Shown: in pieces, positions 20,201 to 29,309 of the stretch
How positions within the stretch are numbered: position 1 is the stretch's first letter
How the letters are laid out: each line of letters starts with the position of its first letter
Source: a bacterium
GTDB taxonomy: Bacteria; Patescibacteriota; Patescibacteriia; 2-12-FULL-60-25
DNA length: 64,000 nucleotides
Direction: 5' to 3'
NCBI GenBank assembly: GCA_021796435.1
Contig: JAJYXM010000016.1
Location: 54,625-118,624 of the forward strand
Made by a program: the position numbers and the translations under genes
Notes under the pieces: generated by a model
The model's database searches: none
Told to the model about the DNA's origin: nothing
The model's input: the letters and a program-made list of their open reading frames with translations, nothing else

Positions 20201-21545
20201 CTCGTATGAATGCGTCCCAAGCCATACTCCGACGTTGGAGACCTGCAATGGCGAGGACGACGACTGCAACGGACTCGTCGACGATGGCGATGCAGGAGGC
20301 GGTGCTTCTTGCGATACCGGGAATCTCGGCGTGTGCGCTGCGGGGACGACTGCATGCGTCGGGGGAAGCGTGGTCTGTGTCGAGAGCCTGCCGGCGACGC
20401 CGGAGATCTGCGACGGGCAGGACAACGATTGCGATGGGACGACGGACGAGGGCGTGCTCCTGACGTTCTTCCGCGACGCGGATGGTGACGGCTACGGCAA
20501 CCCCCTTGTGGCCACAGTCGGGTGCACGGCGCCGCCGGGGTTTGTTGGGACCGGTGGCGACTGCGATGACACGAAGAACGTCGTTCATCCGGGCGTGCCT
20601 GAGGTCTGCGACGGAGTGGACAACAACTGCGTCGGCGGAACCGATGAAGGCTGCGCTTGTACGAATGGCGCCACTCGCGCCTGCTACGCCGGGCCAAGCG
20701 GAACCGAGAACGTCGGCGCCTGCCACGGTGGTACGCAGACCTGCGCGGCGGGCGCCTGGGGGAACTGCGTCGGTCAGGTCGTGCCGATCGCGGAGGCGTG
20801 CAACGGATCTGACGACGACTGCGACGGCGCCACGGATGACGGCTTCGAGTGCGTATTCGGCACGAACGAAGCCTGTTCGACTGCATGTGGTCCGGGCACT
20901 CGGAGCTGCTCGGGGTCATGCGCGTGGAGCGCCTGCACGCTGCCCACCGAGACCACCTGCGACAGCATCGACGACGACTGCAGCGGGGTGATAGACGACG
21001 TTGCGAACTGCCCGAACTGCGCCCTTGTCGAGCTTTCGCTTCCTGCGTGGTCCGAGCCGATCGAATTTCGACGTGACTGGACGTGCGCAGGCCCTAATAC
21101 CTGGGAGACCGGCCCGAGCCCGTATCCGACCTCGACATTCAGCGTAGTCGTGGGACCCAACCGGTTGTACCGGTTGAACGCCTGCCCGTGCATCGGGAAC
21201 GCGAGTTGCTCGACCTGCATGGCGAGTGAACCGCAGGACGGCGCTCCAGCCTGGGGACCGCCTGGGAAGCCGGTCGTCACGATGAACGGCAATCCAGTCG
21301 CAGTCGCCGACTTCGACCCCAACCGCACAATCATCCCAGCGGGTACTTGCGCCCTTGTGCACGATTCCCGCGAGTGCACGCCGTCCTGGACCGCGAATCT
21401 CGTATGCACCCCCGGCCCTGAAGCGGCGGAGTGGGACTGCACGAACGGCGTGGACGACGATGGGGACGGCGTTGCCGACTGTCTTGATATCGATTGCCAC
21501 GGGAACCGAAGCGGGCCGAGCACGTTCTGCGGCACCTGCGGGTGA
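17274..21545 (+). CDS. Giant secreted protein. An N-terminal trypsin-like serine protease is followed by about 1100 aa of cysteine-rich MopE-like repeats.
   Basis: His motif LTAAHCV. Ser motif GDSGGPL. Many C-x-DGxDDDCDGxxDxG repeats. Gly/Ser linker GGTGGSGGSGTGGSGGSS. Confidence 0.8.
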   Translation: MDLQTHSTFSGFLACCLASAMLCCSNASDEDGAKANSPVTSDSATDVDGLFPSIVRVRANGKSCSGFKLSCRQVLTAAHCVCDLYKQGDREVADGRHCVAGATVRFERDSTGLDVVEIGATVFPYSEYSAVFGKDGAIEAISGDLAVLSLDAAGPSWAPSVEISTFRPQPGTSVIVAGYGDTQCPLGMDWGFGGGRRRYGYSTVHSVTDEFVVMAKEPDDGKALPLKGDSGGPLLSAASVSSTTPKAFGVLTASGCAPTYFLHDTSGAALYTRTDLEPRREWIDTKLTHCDLISTCTDGTMNGDETGVDCGGSCSPCFPCQLTETCDNNEDDDCDGQTDCDDWKCVTEHPCCGEEGDRCCSTGAPCLVDGLTCDASKHCALPPPTDPTCLDDIRNQDEVTRDCGGVCTGLAGYCPYGPGSNGKYCGDPDRQQDPNSVYVCTDGQWMFSESCGNLGCHRASPCFPDDCNPPALCKDGKCESEKGEDCANCPFDCRVAPPLINKASVGDDEVLLSWQAVDCGHRYRVKVCSKSDMDPHSCITCATSDPSGTCEVEQIGVREIPIGFDLLAKSNIWYWQASAIALPEPSGWGAWSAQGTFTLPDEPADAGTDGCTDACAPGPTTCGPDPAKVYACLKINGCYEWKTLDCVDPWFVCSPASGTCNKACGSSGQVCCSANSPSLCRPGLGLTCAGGVCADQGGTGGSGGSGTGGSGGSSCQNECFSPGTWQCNSETEEYNCIPLGGCNQKVSVTACGTGKACVPGLGCRPCGGYGEPCCAGATCTGGGVCQGDGRCGHTSACPDADGDGFQDESCGGTDCDDSVWAIHPGGVELCNGKDDDCDGQADEGNPGGNVYCDTGKLGLCKSGHTACSNGNVVCIQNQLPSLELCNGEDDDCDGNVDNGFDLSGDPVNCGACGHECLSFQWCSAGACLSPEVCNGQDDDGDGVVDNGNPGGGGPCQTGQPGACAPGTNYCGPGTNGSYECVPSHTPTLETCNGEDDDCNGLVDDGDAGGGASCDTGNLGVCAAGTTACVGGSVVCVESLPATPEICDGQDNDCDGTTDEGVLLTFFRDADGDGYGNPLVATVGCTAPPGFVGTGGDCDDTKNVVHPGVPEVCDGVDNNCVGGTDEGCACTNGATRACYAGPSGTENVGACHGGTQTCAAGAWGNCVGQVVPIAEACNGSDDDCDGATDDGFECVFGTNEACSTACGPGTRSCSGSCAWSACTLPTETTCDSIDDDCSGVIDDVANCPNCALVELSLPAWSEPIEFRRDWTCAGPNTWETGPSPYPTSTFSVVVGPNRLYRLNACPCIGNASCSTCMASEPQDGAPAWGPPGKPVVTMNGNPVAVADFDPNRTIIPAGTCALVHDSRECTPSWTANLVCTPGPEAAEWDCTNGVDDDGDGVADCLDIDCHGNRSGPSTFCGTCG

Positions 21546-21610
21546 AGGGTGAAGGAGAGATCTCTTCGTCCTTCGCCGTCCCGGTACCACACCGGCCGTC
21601 CGCCGGGTCG

Positions 21611-22504
21611 TCACTTTGGAGGTGTGCAGAACAACCGGTAGCTGATCCCGGCCGTTCTGGACACACCTCCCGACGCGACGGGAAGGCTTCTGAGCAACAC
21701 GGGTGCGCTAGCGTGGCTGACCCGCGGCTCAGCACCGACCTGCCGTAGCTTTGCCCGCAAGGCGTCCAGCCGGAGTCTCGCGAGCCATTCGTCTAGCTGG
21801 GCCTTGTGCTCCCAGCGACTCGCTCGACTTGAGCAGAGCCCTTCACAGTCCTTTCCTGCGTTCTTCTCGCACACGGTCTTGCACGTCTCTCTCTTGAATT
21901 GAAGAGGGTCGGACCAGGCGAACTCGACAACATCGAGGATCCTGGTGACTTGTCCAACGTTCGGGTCTGCTCGATCCTTAGGGCACGTCCTCATACATTC
22001 CGAAGGCAGCGTGTCTGGCACTTCAAAGCTGCCCTTCTCGAAGACGACGGAGCAGACGACGTCTTCTACGTGTGGGTACTTCGGGAACAAGGGGGCACCC
22101 GCCAAACGCGGCGGCGCGGTGCCACGTGGGATGAGTAGGGCCGGCGGCACCCCTAACGCCCCAACTCCCCCCAACCGACTTCGCGAGGAGGGACCGGGAC
22201 GAAGTAGCTCGCTCAAGCGCGCGGCGCGTGGCCCCGCCTCCGCCGGCGCTCTCAACACCGACGGGGCGGGGGCGACGAGCGGTGGACGTCCCTCTTGAGC
22301 GGCAGGGAGAGAGGGGCTCGGCTTGAGGTTGGGGGCGCGCTGCAATCCTTCATTCCCCCCAAGTTGGGGCGACGCCAGCAGCGGCGGGCTACGAGCCAAC
22401 GGTGGCGGATAGGCGATCCCGGGCACGGGACGGCTTGCACAACCTGTGAAGGTCGCGAGCAACAGCGATAGTATGCCGAATTTCGTGAAGCGACGGTTGA
22501 CCAT
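21611..22504 (-). CDS. Proline-rich lipoprotein, function unknown
   Basis: Signal peptide with lipobox LLLATFTGC. Cys-containing C-terminal domain. Confidence 0.55.
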   Translation of the reverse strand: MVNRRFTKFGILSLLLATFTGCASRPVPGIAYPPPLARSPPLLASPQLGGNEGLQRAPNLKPSPSLPAAQEGRPPLVAPAPSVLRAPAEAGPRAARLSELLRPGPSSRSRLGGVGALGVPPALLIPRGTAPPRLAGAPLFPKYPHVEDVVCSVVFEKGSFEVPDTLPSECMRTCPKDRADPNVGQVTRILDVVEFAWSDPLQFKRETCKTVCEKNAGKDCEGLCSSRASRWEHKAQLDEWLARLRLDALRAKLRQVGAEPRVSHASAPVLLRSLPVASGGVSRTAGISYRLFCTPPK

Positions 22505-22576
22505 CCTGCCCTGCGCCATTCCGGATGTGAAGCACCAAAGAACCTCCCAGGATCACATCCGTACTCGCTCTCCGAG

Positions 22577-23872
22577 CTACTTCGCCATCTTGCCGAGGAG
22601 TAGCTGTCGTTTCGTGTCCGCTTGCTGCACTCCAATCCCAACGGCACGCGTGCATTGATCCTTCTCCCCAGAGTCACCTACGTGGGAGCAGATCCAGTCG
22701 TTGATCAGCTTCTTCACCTCTTCGGGCGTGCCCCCTGTCGACGCATCCGCATCAGACTCCGGCTGCAACCCGAACTTCAAGGCCATTTCGTAGCCATCCA
22801 TGGCCCAACGTCCCTCGTCGGTCAATCGGATGGTGTAGCCGACGATGCCGGCGTAGATAGCCCTGTTCGCGAGAGACTCGACCTTCGTCTTCTCCTCCCA
22901 ACCCGCGTAGCCGGACGGCACGGCCGGCAACGTCACCGTGAACCCAACAGTCGCTTGCTGCTGCTTGTCCAGGTGGCGCATCACGGCCATCGACATATGC
23001 CCTACTGCCACTTGCGTGACACGACCGACGCAGAGGAACTTTCCCTTCAGCTCGCACGAACCCCCATCTCCGTGTCGAAAAGCGGTTGCAGGGCTGTCGG
23101 AGGACTGGGCGGCGAACGACCAGAGTTCCCGGTGGTGGATGTGGGTCAGAACTTCGGACCTCTGGGCCTCCGACCACTTGACCTTCACCGTCGTGTTGGC
23201 CAGGACCCAAAGGCTCGCTTGGACCCCCAACGCCGATCGCGTGTATTCGTCCCAGGACTCCGCGCTCTCACGGAACGTGCCTGCCTGCACGCGGCAGTCG
23301 TAGTCAGGCGTCACCGGGAACGTGAAGGACGGACACTCCGCCTCTTGCGTTCCTGGAAATGCCGAGCCGACAGGCGGCGCGGTGGCCTTCGGGGATGCAG
23401 AACCCACCGGCACAACTGTCATATTTCCCTTGTGATTGCACCACACGATACTTCTTCCGTCGGTGTCCTGGTCGACCGGCTCGCGGCGATCGTTGTATAA
23501 CTGCGGCGGAGGTTTGTCCCGGTTGCACGACAGGAGTACGGGTAAGCGCTGTGACGTGCGGACAGGCAGGTCGGAATCCTTCTTGCGAACATCGAGATCG
23601 AGTTGTCCATCCAGCGTGACTCGCTCCCCCAGAAGCTGCGCCGGATCTGATTCACTTCCAGTGTACATGTAATAGCGCGTCTCTTCTCCGGTCCCGTGGA
23701 TGCCGACGGTGTCGCTGACCTCCTTGGTTTCAGGCTTCGGTTCTTCAGGCTTCCGCTTGGGTCCGCACGCGAGCGGCGCAGCTAGCACCATAACGAACGC
23801 GACGATCGAAAGGACGAGACCCATGATCCATCGAAGGCGGTAACGGGGCCGGGATGACGAATGGAAGAGCAT
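22577..23872 (-). CDS. Lipoprotein, function unknown
   Basis: Start at MLFHSSSRPRYRLRWIMGLVLSIVAFVMVLAAPLAC (lipobox). The longer track ORF has non-coding-like upstream sequence. Confidence 0.55.
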   Translation of the reverse strand: MLFHSSSRPRYRLRWIMGLVLSIVAFVMVLAAPLACGPKRKPEEPKPETKEVSDTVGIHGTGEETRYYMYTGSESDPAQLLGERVTLDGQLDLDVRKKDSDLPVRTSQRLPVLLSCNRDKPPPQLYNDRREPVDQDTDGRSIVWCNHKGNMTVVPVGSASPKATAPPVGSAFPGTQEAECPSFTFPVTPDYDCRVQAGTFRESAESWDEYTRSALGVQASLWVLANTTVKVKWSEAQRSEVLTHIHHRELWSFAAQSSDSPATAFRHGDGGSCELKGKFLCVGRVTQVAVGHMSMAVMRHLDKQQQATVGFTVTLPAVPSGYAGWEEKTKVESLANRAIYAGIVGYTIRLTDEGRWAMDGYEMALKFGLQPESDADASTGGTPEEVKKLINDWICSHVGDSGEKDQCTRAVGIGVQQADTKRQLLLGKMAK

Positions 23873-24187
23873 GGTCAACGCTCCTTTCCGCCGAGTTCGT
23901 GTCGAAGGACCGCATGTGGCGTCGCGGAGCGGAGGAGGCTGGATTCCGGCGGTGAAGCCTCGCCCTGGTCGCCAGAAGCACATTCCCAACGACGGTCGAA
24001 GAGCCAAGACTCCGAGCACCCGTGGCCCGATGAGATCACGCCGCTCACGAGCAACCTCCGCGCGAGTTTGCCGTCCGAACGGTAGACGTCGTGGCACTGA
24101 GAGGTGTTCAACGAAAACGTCTCGGCTGTCCACGATCGCACCCTGTAAGAACGAATGCGCTGTTACGAAACGGTATGCTAGTGTTCG

Positions 24188-24220
24188 CGTTCGGTTGCAT
24201 TATTACGAAAAGGCGGAGCA
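24188..24220 (-). terminator. Rho-independent terminator that ends the minus-strand mobile-element operon
   Basis: GC hairpin GGCGGAGCAAGTGCTCCGCC followed on the minus strand by a TTTTCGTAATAAT run. Confidence 0.5.
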
Positions 24221-24264
24221 AGTGCTCCGCCTTCGAGTAGGTGTGAGAGGGCGGGCTCCGCGCG

Positions 24265-24465
24265 TCAGTGTCGGTCGCCGCTTTCCGCAGGACCGTCCAC
24301 CCGGATCTGCAGCGTGCCCGACACGGGAAGCGCATCCAGGCGACAGGTCAAGGAACCGTCGCGGTTCACGTACGCGATACCGATCCTCGTCCAGTAGGAC
24401 TTCTCGCCGCGTTCCGTGATGGCGTAGACCGTGCGGGTCTCGGTAGGTCGCCGCTCGTTGTTCAT
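24265..24465 (-). CDS. Small hypothetical protein (66 aa)
   Basis: Strong AAGGAGG Shine-Dalgarno 6 nt upstream of the ATG. Last gene of the minus-strand block. Confidence 0.5.
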   Translation of the reverse strand: MNNERRPTETRTVYAITERGEKSYWTRIGIAYVNRDGSLTCRLDALPVSGTLQIRVDGPAESGDRH

Positions 24466-24476
24466 GGTTCCCTCCT

Positions 24477-25652
24477 TCAGTTCTTCGCGGTCGCGAGGTA
24501 GGTGCCCGTGGCCCGTTCGAGCGCGACGCGCTCCTCAGGGGTGAAGCGCTGGGCCGCGAGAGTCGCGGCCTGCGAGATGCCAAACGCGGTCTCCTCGGGT
24601 TCCTCGCGATACGCGGCCACGAGCTCCGGCAGGAGCCGCATAGGGAGCCTCGCCGAGAGAAGCAGCGAGCGGAGATCGGTCTCGATGTTCGAGATGATGC
24701 GCGTGCGGCCTTGGCGCAGGACCTCCGCGCCCTGCCTGAGCTTGCCAGGGAGGTTTCCGAGACGCTCGATGAGGATGTCCTTGAGCTTGCCCAGGTCGAG
24801 GCCGCGGTGGCGGCGTTTCAGGAGCAGCGCATCAGGCATCGGCGCGGTCATTCCATTTCGGCAGAGCAAACGCGTCAGATGGAGCGAGATGAAGAGACTC
24901 GCATACCCGACGCCGGAGTTCCGCACGAGGAGGCCGCCCCAGACGTCGCCGACGTCGCCAGGGCCACCCATCTTGTAGGGCTCGCCCACGGCGACGACAT
25001 AGCTTGCTGTCCGGTCGGTGACATCGCACCGGATGAGGCGTTGCGCCTGGTCCGAAGGAGCGAGTGCCTGGGCAAGCAGTCCCGCGACCTCGGCGTCGGG
25101 GATCGCGCTGTAGCCGGGCGAGACGATGCCCCGGACGAGTCCGGGTTCGGCGCTGTCGATCGCGCGACGGGTTCGGAGCTTGACCGAACCGATACCTCGC
25201 GCGAACCGGCGGTTGAGCTCGTCGGCTCGATCGCGCGGGCCCGCATTCTCGAACCACTTGTCCCAGCGTAGGCCCAGGAGGCTCGCGCACTGGCGGCGGC
25301 TCCAGTCCGTGAAGGTGAAGTCGCCGAGGCCCGGCACGGCCAGGGTGCCGTCGGGCGAGAGACGCAGGTCGCGGAGCGCCAGGGTGACGTCGGGGTTGTC
25401 CGCCGCCTCTTCTACCGTGAACCGTTCCGCGAGTTCGGGCAGGGTGCGGACGCGGGTTTCGGCCCGCTCTGCCGTACTGCGCGTGCTCGGCAGCTCGCGG
25501 ATCGGGAAGGGCGACGAGCGTCGCAAGGATGTGATGGTGCGATCGATGACGGTCGAGACATGTTCCATGGGATCCTCCAGCCGGCCGTCGGAAAAGAGCT
25601 TCCGGACATGGCCGTCCGAGTCCGCGAGCGAGTCGTGGCTTCGGACGGACAT
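24477..25652 (-). CDS. DUF932-like phage/plasmid-associated protein
   Basis: 391 aa. Architecture and context resemble DUF932 proteins of ICEs and prophages. The assignment rests on weak pattern similarity only. Confidence 0.55.
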   Translation of the reverse strand: MSVRSHDSLADSDGHVRKLFSDGRLEDPMEHVSTVIDRTITSLRRSSPFPIRELPSTRSTAERAETRVRTLPELAERFTVEEAADNPDVTLALRDLRLSPDGTLAVPGLGDFTFTDWSRRQCASLLGLRWDKWFENAGPRDRADELNRRFARGIGSVKLRTRRAIDSAEPGLVRGIVSPGYSAIPDAEVAGLLAQALAPSDQAQRLIRCDVTDRTASYVVAVGEPYKMGGPGDVGDVWGGLLVRNSGVGYASLFISLHLTRLLCRNGMTAPMPDALLLKRRHRGLDLGKLKDILIERLGNLPGKLRQGAEVLRQGRTRIISNIETDLRSLLLSARLPMRLLPELVAAYREEPEETAFGISQAATLAAQRFTPEERVALERATGTYLATAKN

Positions 25653-25743
25653 GGGAGAGTGAGGTGAGGTGGCCCCGGGGAACGCAGGACGCGCGCCCCG
25701 GGACTCTTCAGGTGAGAAGCTGTGGTCAAATTGAAGAGCGAGG

Positions 25744-26598
25744 TCAGCCGGCCGGAAGTGGCTCCGGCTCTCGATCTCTCGCTCGGAGAGGGATGACGCG
25801 GCGTTCGCTTGCCGGGGCGAGATCGCCAGAGAGACAGGCGCTCGCGTATTCGCATTCGTAGCAGAGCTGCGAGGGACTGGGCGGAAAGCGGCCTGCGGCG
25901 ATCGCGTACTCCGTTTCGGCGGCAGCAGCGGTCCACCAATCGTCCTGCTGCTCGCCGCGTTCGACCAGGAACGTCTCGAGCCGCGGTTCGCGCTTGAGCT
26001 TCACGAGCACGTGGATCTCGACTTTGGACGGCCCACCCTCGAGCGCGTTTCGCGCGTAGGAGTATGCGCCGACCTGAAGGTGTCTCGCGAGGTCGTGCTC
26101 GTTCCAGCCGCGGGACGATGTCTTGAGCTCCACGACGCGACCGTCTTCGAGCACGAGGTCGAAGTAGCCCTTCATGGGTCGGGGAAGCAGTTCGCCGGTC
26201 GAGGGATCCACAATATCGACTTGGAACGGCGTTTCCACGGACTTGACCGCGAGATTCCCCTTCTCGGCGAGGTAGACGCGGAGCAGCTTGCGCGCTTCCG
26301 CCTCAAGCGACTCCGGCGTGGAGGTCTTCCAGCGCACCGGGACGCCAGCCGCGCCTGCCTGCAGGTCTGCCGCGAGAACGTTCTCCGCGGTCGTGACGTC
26401 CGGTGTCCTGCCGGCAATACGCTCCTCGAACCACCACCCTATCGCGCTATGCATGGCAGACCCGAGGATGAGCTGGATCGATCGAAACTCGGGTTCGATC
26501 CCGAGAATGTAGCGGCAAGCGAACTTCCGGGCGCACATGGTGAAGCAGGTGAGCTGCGAAGCCGAGGTCGTAGGAGGAAGCCGGATGCTACGCTGCAT
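25744..26598 (-). CDS. Cas4/RecB-like PD-(D/E)XK exonuclease with a C-terminal 4-Cys cluster (phage-type exonuclease)
   Basis: N-terminal QLTCFTMCARKFACRY. Catalytic core GYFDLVLEDGRVVELKTS (D..ExK). C-terminal CYECEYASAC. Confidence 0.75.
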   Translation of the reverse strand: MQRSIRLPPTTSASQLTCFTMCARKFACRYILGIEPEFRSIQLILGSAMHSAIGWWFEERIAGRTPDVTTAENVLAADLQAGAAGVPVRWKTSTPESLEAEARKLLRVYLAEKGNLAVKSVETPFQVDIVDPSTGELLPRPMKGYFDLVLEDGRVVELKTSSRGWNEHDLARHLQVGAYSYARNALEGGPSKVEIHVLVKLKREPRLETFLVERGEQQDDWWTAAAAETEYAIAAGRFPPSPSQLCYECEYASACLSGDLAPASERRVIPLRARDREPEPLPAG

Positions 26599-27340
26599 GG
26601 CTTTCGTCTCCGTGGTTCGACTTGCCGTTGCCCTTCTTCTGCGCGAGAGCGCGCTTCAAGGCGTCAATCGCGCGCGAGGCGTCAGCCCTGGTGGCGTACT
26701 CGAACCGCTCAACCTTGAGCGCGTCGAGCACGCGAGCCGCCGCCGTTTCCCTGGATTCGCCCAGGTCATACGCCAGGCGGAAGGCGAGTTTCTTCTGCTC
26801 ATCGGTCATGGCGCGTCGGTCTGCCGGGGCAGCTTCGGTCGGGTGGTCGTCGCGTCCTCGGAAGCGTTCGGGCGCGGCGTTGCTTGTCGGTCTGCCGGGG
26901 GACGGCGCGGATTGTACTTGGGTGCGCTCCGCCGCGGCCGGCGCCGTCGTCTCCTGCTCCACTTGAACGGTGAGGTCCTCGCCCAGCTCCTCGAGTGAGA
27001 CTTCGCCGACGTTCACCGCGATCCTGAGCGCGCGGGCGATAGCTCTCGTCTCGGCCATGCGGATGATGTGTGGAGCGATCCGTCTGTTCACGTTGCTGGG
27101 ATTCGCGTCTCCGACGCCGCCGAATACGCCCTTGCGGGTGCGGACCGAGGCGGCGACGATAGCCGTACGGCCGTTCGACTCGTCCGGAACCTGCACGAGC
27201 TTGGTGCGCACGGCCTTGAGTCCCTCTTCGTGAGCGAGAGCGAGCAATCCCTTGTAGGTGATAGCCTCGACTTCGCCGACGACCCGGCCATGCTCGTCCT
27301 TGATGGGAATGTGCACGATGAAGCCTTCCTTGCGCAGCAT
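26588..27340 (-). CDS. Putative RecT/Redbeta-like single-strand annealing protein
   Basis: Motif IIRMAETRAIARALRIA resembles the conserved M-x-KTA-x-R-x-L-x-K segment of RecT. An 11-nt overlap with the downstream exonuclease gene gives a classic exo/annealase module. Confidence 0.5.
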   Translation of the reverse strand: MLRKEGFIVHIPIKDEHGRVVGEVEAITYKGLLALAHEEGLKAVRTKLVQVPDESNGRTAIVAASVRTRKGVFGGVGDANPSNVNRRIAPHIIRMAETRAIARALRIAVNVGEVSLEELGEDLTVQVEQETTAPAAAERTQVQSAPSPGRPTSNAAPERFRGRDDHPTEAAPADRRAMTDEQKKLAFRLAYDLGESRETAAARVLDALKVERFEYATRADASRAIDALKRALAQKKGNGKSNHGDESHAA

Positions 27341-27344
27341 GACG

Positions 27345-28049
27345 TCACCCTCCCTTCCGAGCCGGACAAGGCTCGTGAACCGTCATCGTCGAGAGTTCTT
27401 CCGCGGTCGGTAGCAGGTCAGCTTCGAGGAGCGAGAAGAAGCGTTCTCCCGACAGGATCACGTGGTCGACCAGCGGCAACGCGAGCACGCGACCCGCGGC
27501 GGCAAGGCGGTTGGTGAGCAGGACGTCCGCCTCCGACGGCGTCGGGTCGCCTGTCGGGTGGTTATGCACGAGCACGAATGCTCGGGCGCGGAGGCGCACC
27601 AGCGGGGCGAACACGTCACGTGGTTCGAGTGCGGCGAGCGAACCGCCGCCCTGGGCCACAAGCACCAACGCACGGACACTGTTCCGGCCGTCGAGGCCCA
27701 CAGCAATCACGACCTCGACTTCGAGCGCGGCGAAGCCCCGCGGCAGGTGCTTCACGACGTCCGCTGCGCAGGTGATGCACGGAACCGTGCGATCGGCGGC
27801 GCTCTCGTAGAGGGTGCGGGCGGCGACAACGGTCTCCGCGGCTTGGAGCGGTACATCGCAGGTGGCTGCGAGTTCCCGGGCTGACCAGGCTTTGACGCCG
27901 AGTTCACCGGCCCTCTCGAGGACGCGGCTCCCGGCTTCGGCACCGATGAGCTTCGCGAGAGCTTGCCCGAACTCGATGCTCTCGCCCCTCGGTTGGATGA
28001 TGCTTCCTGTACTCCCTTCAGGCGTGTCTCTGTTTTCAAGGTATTGCAT
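27345..28049 (-). CDS. RadC-like JAB/MPN domain protein (UPF0758)
   Basis: Zinc motif HNHPTGDPTPSEAD, typical of the RadC JAMM fold. Confidence 0.8.
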   Translation of the reverse strand: MQYLENRDTPEGSTGSIIQPRGESIEFGQALAKLIGAEAGSRVLERAGELGVKAWSARELAATCDVPLQAAETVVAARTLYESAADRTVPCITCAADVVKHLPRGFAALEVEVVIAVGLDGRNSVRALVLVAQGGGSLAALEPRDVFAPLVRLRARAFVLVHNHPTGDPTPSEADVLLTNRLAAAGRVLALPLVDHVILSGERFFSLLEADLLPTAEELSTMTVHEPCPARKGG

Positions 28050-28190
28050 GGCACTCTGCTCCTTCCGGTCGGCATGGACCGGCAGAGCGCCCCCGGGATG
28101 GGCGAGCTGCCGGTCCGGCTGACCGCGGCGAGTCACGACTGCCGCTGCGGCTCGGAGAGATTGAAGCCCGAGGTACTCGGACTTCCACCG

Positions 28191-29309
28191 CTACGATGCA
28201 GAGCGTTCGATGAGTCTCGCGCGTCCTGCTCCGGTTCGGACCACCATGTCGCCGAGGGACAGGCGCAGCAGATGGGGCGCGGCGTATTCATGATCGAACT
28301 CGCGGGCCACGATCTCGGCGTCGTCGGCGCCGAGCCGGAAGGCGGCGAGCGTGCCCACGGTTCCGAGGAACGCATGACGCGTGTGCTCATCCATGGCCGC
28401 AAGAGACTGCGTCGCGACGAGAAGCGAGATGCCGTACTTCCTCGCTTCAGCCGTGAGCTCGAGGAACGGAGCGGTCGCGAAGCTCGCGGCCTCATCGACC
28501 ACAAGCAGGAATGGGCGACGTTGATCTGTCGGTGTGCTTGCGCGTGCGAAGGCAGCCTTCGCGAACTCACCCAGGACGAGGGCTCCGAGAAAGAGCGCGC
28601 CGTCCCAGCCGATCTCGCCCTTGGGCACAGAGGCGAGAACGATCTTCCCCCGGTCCATGATGTGGCTTGCGTCGAGCCGTCTCCTCGTCTTCGTCACGAT
28701 CGTGCGAACCGCATCGACCGACAGCAGGTTGCCGAGCTTGTTCAGGATGGGCGCGGTGATCTCCGACCAGAGCCGCTTGTCGTACGACGGGAACTCGCGC
28801 GTCCAGAAGAACTTGGGAGCGGGATCCTGGGCGTGTTTCAGCACCCACCTTCGATGTGCGTCGTCGACCAGCATGAGCCGCACATCTTCGAGAGTCGCAC
28901 CGCGGACGTGGTTGAGCGCTAGGATTGCGTGCCGAAGAAGGTGCTCGGACCTCGGTCCCCACGAGTCAGGCCAAAGACGGCGGAAGACAGAGAGCACGTT
29001 CGAGGTGACGAGCCCTGGTGCGCCTTCTGACATGGCACGAAGCGGATTCAAGCCGGGACAGCTTTCGGGCTCAGAAGCGAAGAAAGGAGCGATGTCGTTC
29101 CTGCGTTTGCGGGGAAGGGCATCGTCGACCTCTGCGGCGAGGTCGCCGTGCGGATCGACGAGAAGCAGTCCTCCTCCGCGCTCCGCTTCAGCCAGGCAGA
29201 CCTCACGGAGCAGGCTCGACTTGCCCATGCCCGTCTTGCCGCAGACGAGGACATGATGGGCGCGGGCAGCAAGCAGTGTCTGCGCACGTGTGGTGTTCAG
29301 TTCCAGCAT
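28191..29309 (-). CDS. HerA/FtsK/TraD-like AAA ATPase (DUF87-type DNA translocase)
   Basis: Walker A HHVLVCGKTGMGKSSLL. DPHGD motif (LLLVDPHGDL). Walker B PFLLVVDEA. Confidence 0.7.
   Translation of the reverse strand: MLELNTTRAQTLLAARAHHVLVCGKTGMGKSSLLREVCLAEAERGGGLLLVDPHGDLAAEVDDALPRKRRNDIAPFFASEPESCPGLNPLRAMSEGAPGLVTSNVLSVFRRLWPDSWGPRSEHLLRHAILALNHVRGATLEDVRLMLVDDAHRRWVLKHAQDPAPKFFWTREFPSYDKRLWSEITAPILNKLGNLLSVDAVRTIVTKTRRRLDASHIMDRGKIVLASVPKGEIGWDGALFLGALVLGEFAKAAFARASTPTDQRRPFLLVVDEAASFATAPFLELTAEARKYGISLLVATQSLAAMDEHTRHAFLGTVGTLAAFRLGADDAEIVAREFDHEYAAPHLLRLSLGDMVVRTGAGRARLIERSAS

Noticed and set aside
19516-20919. 467-aa Arg-rich minus-strand ORF inside the giant protease gene
   Set aside because: Antisense frame of repetitive GC-rich sequence. 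Composition is not protein-like.
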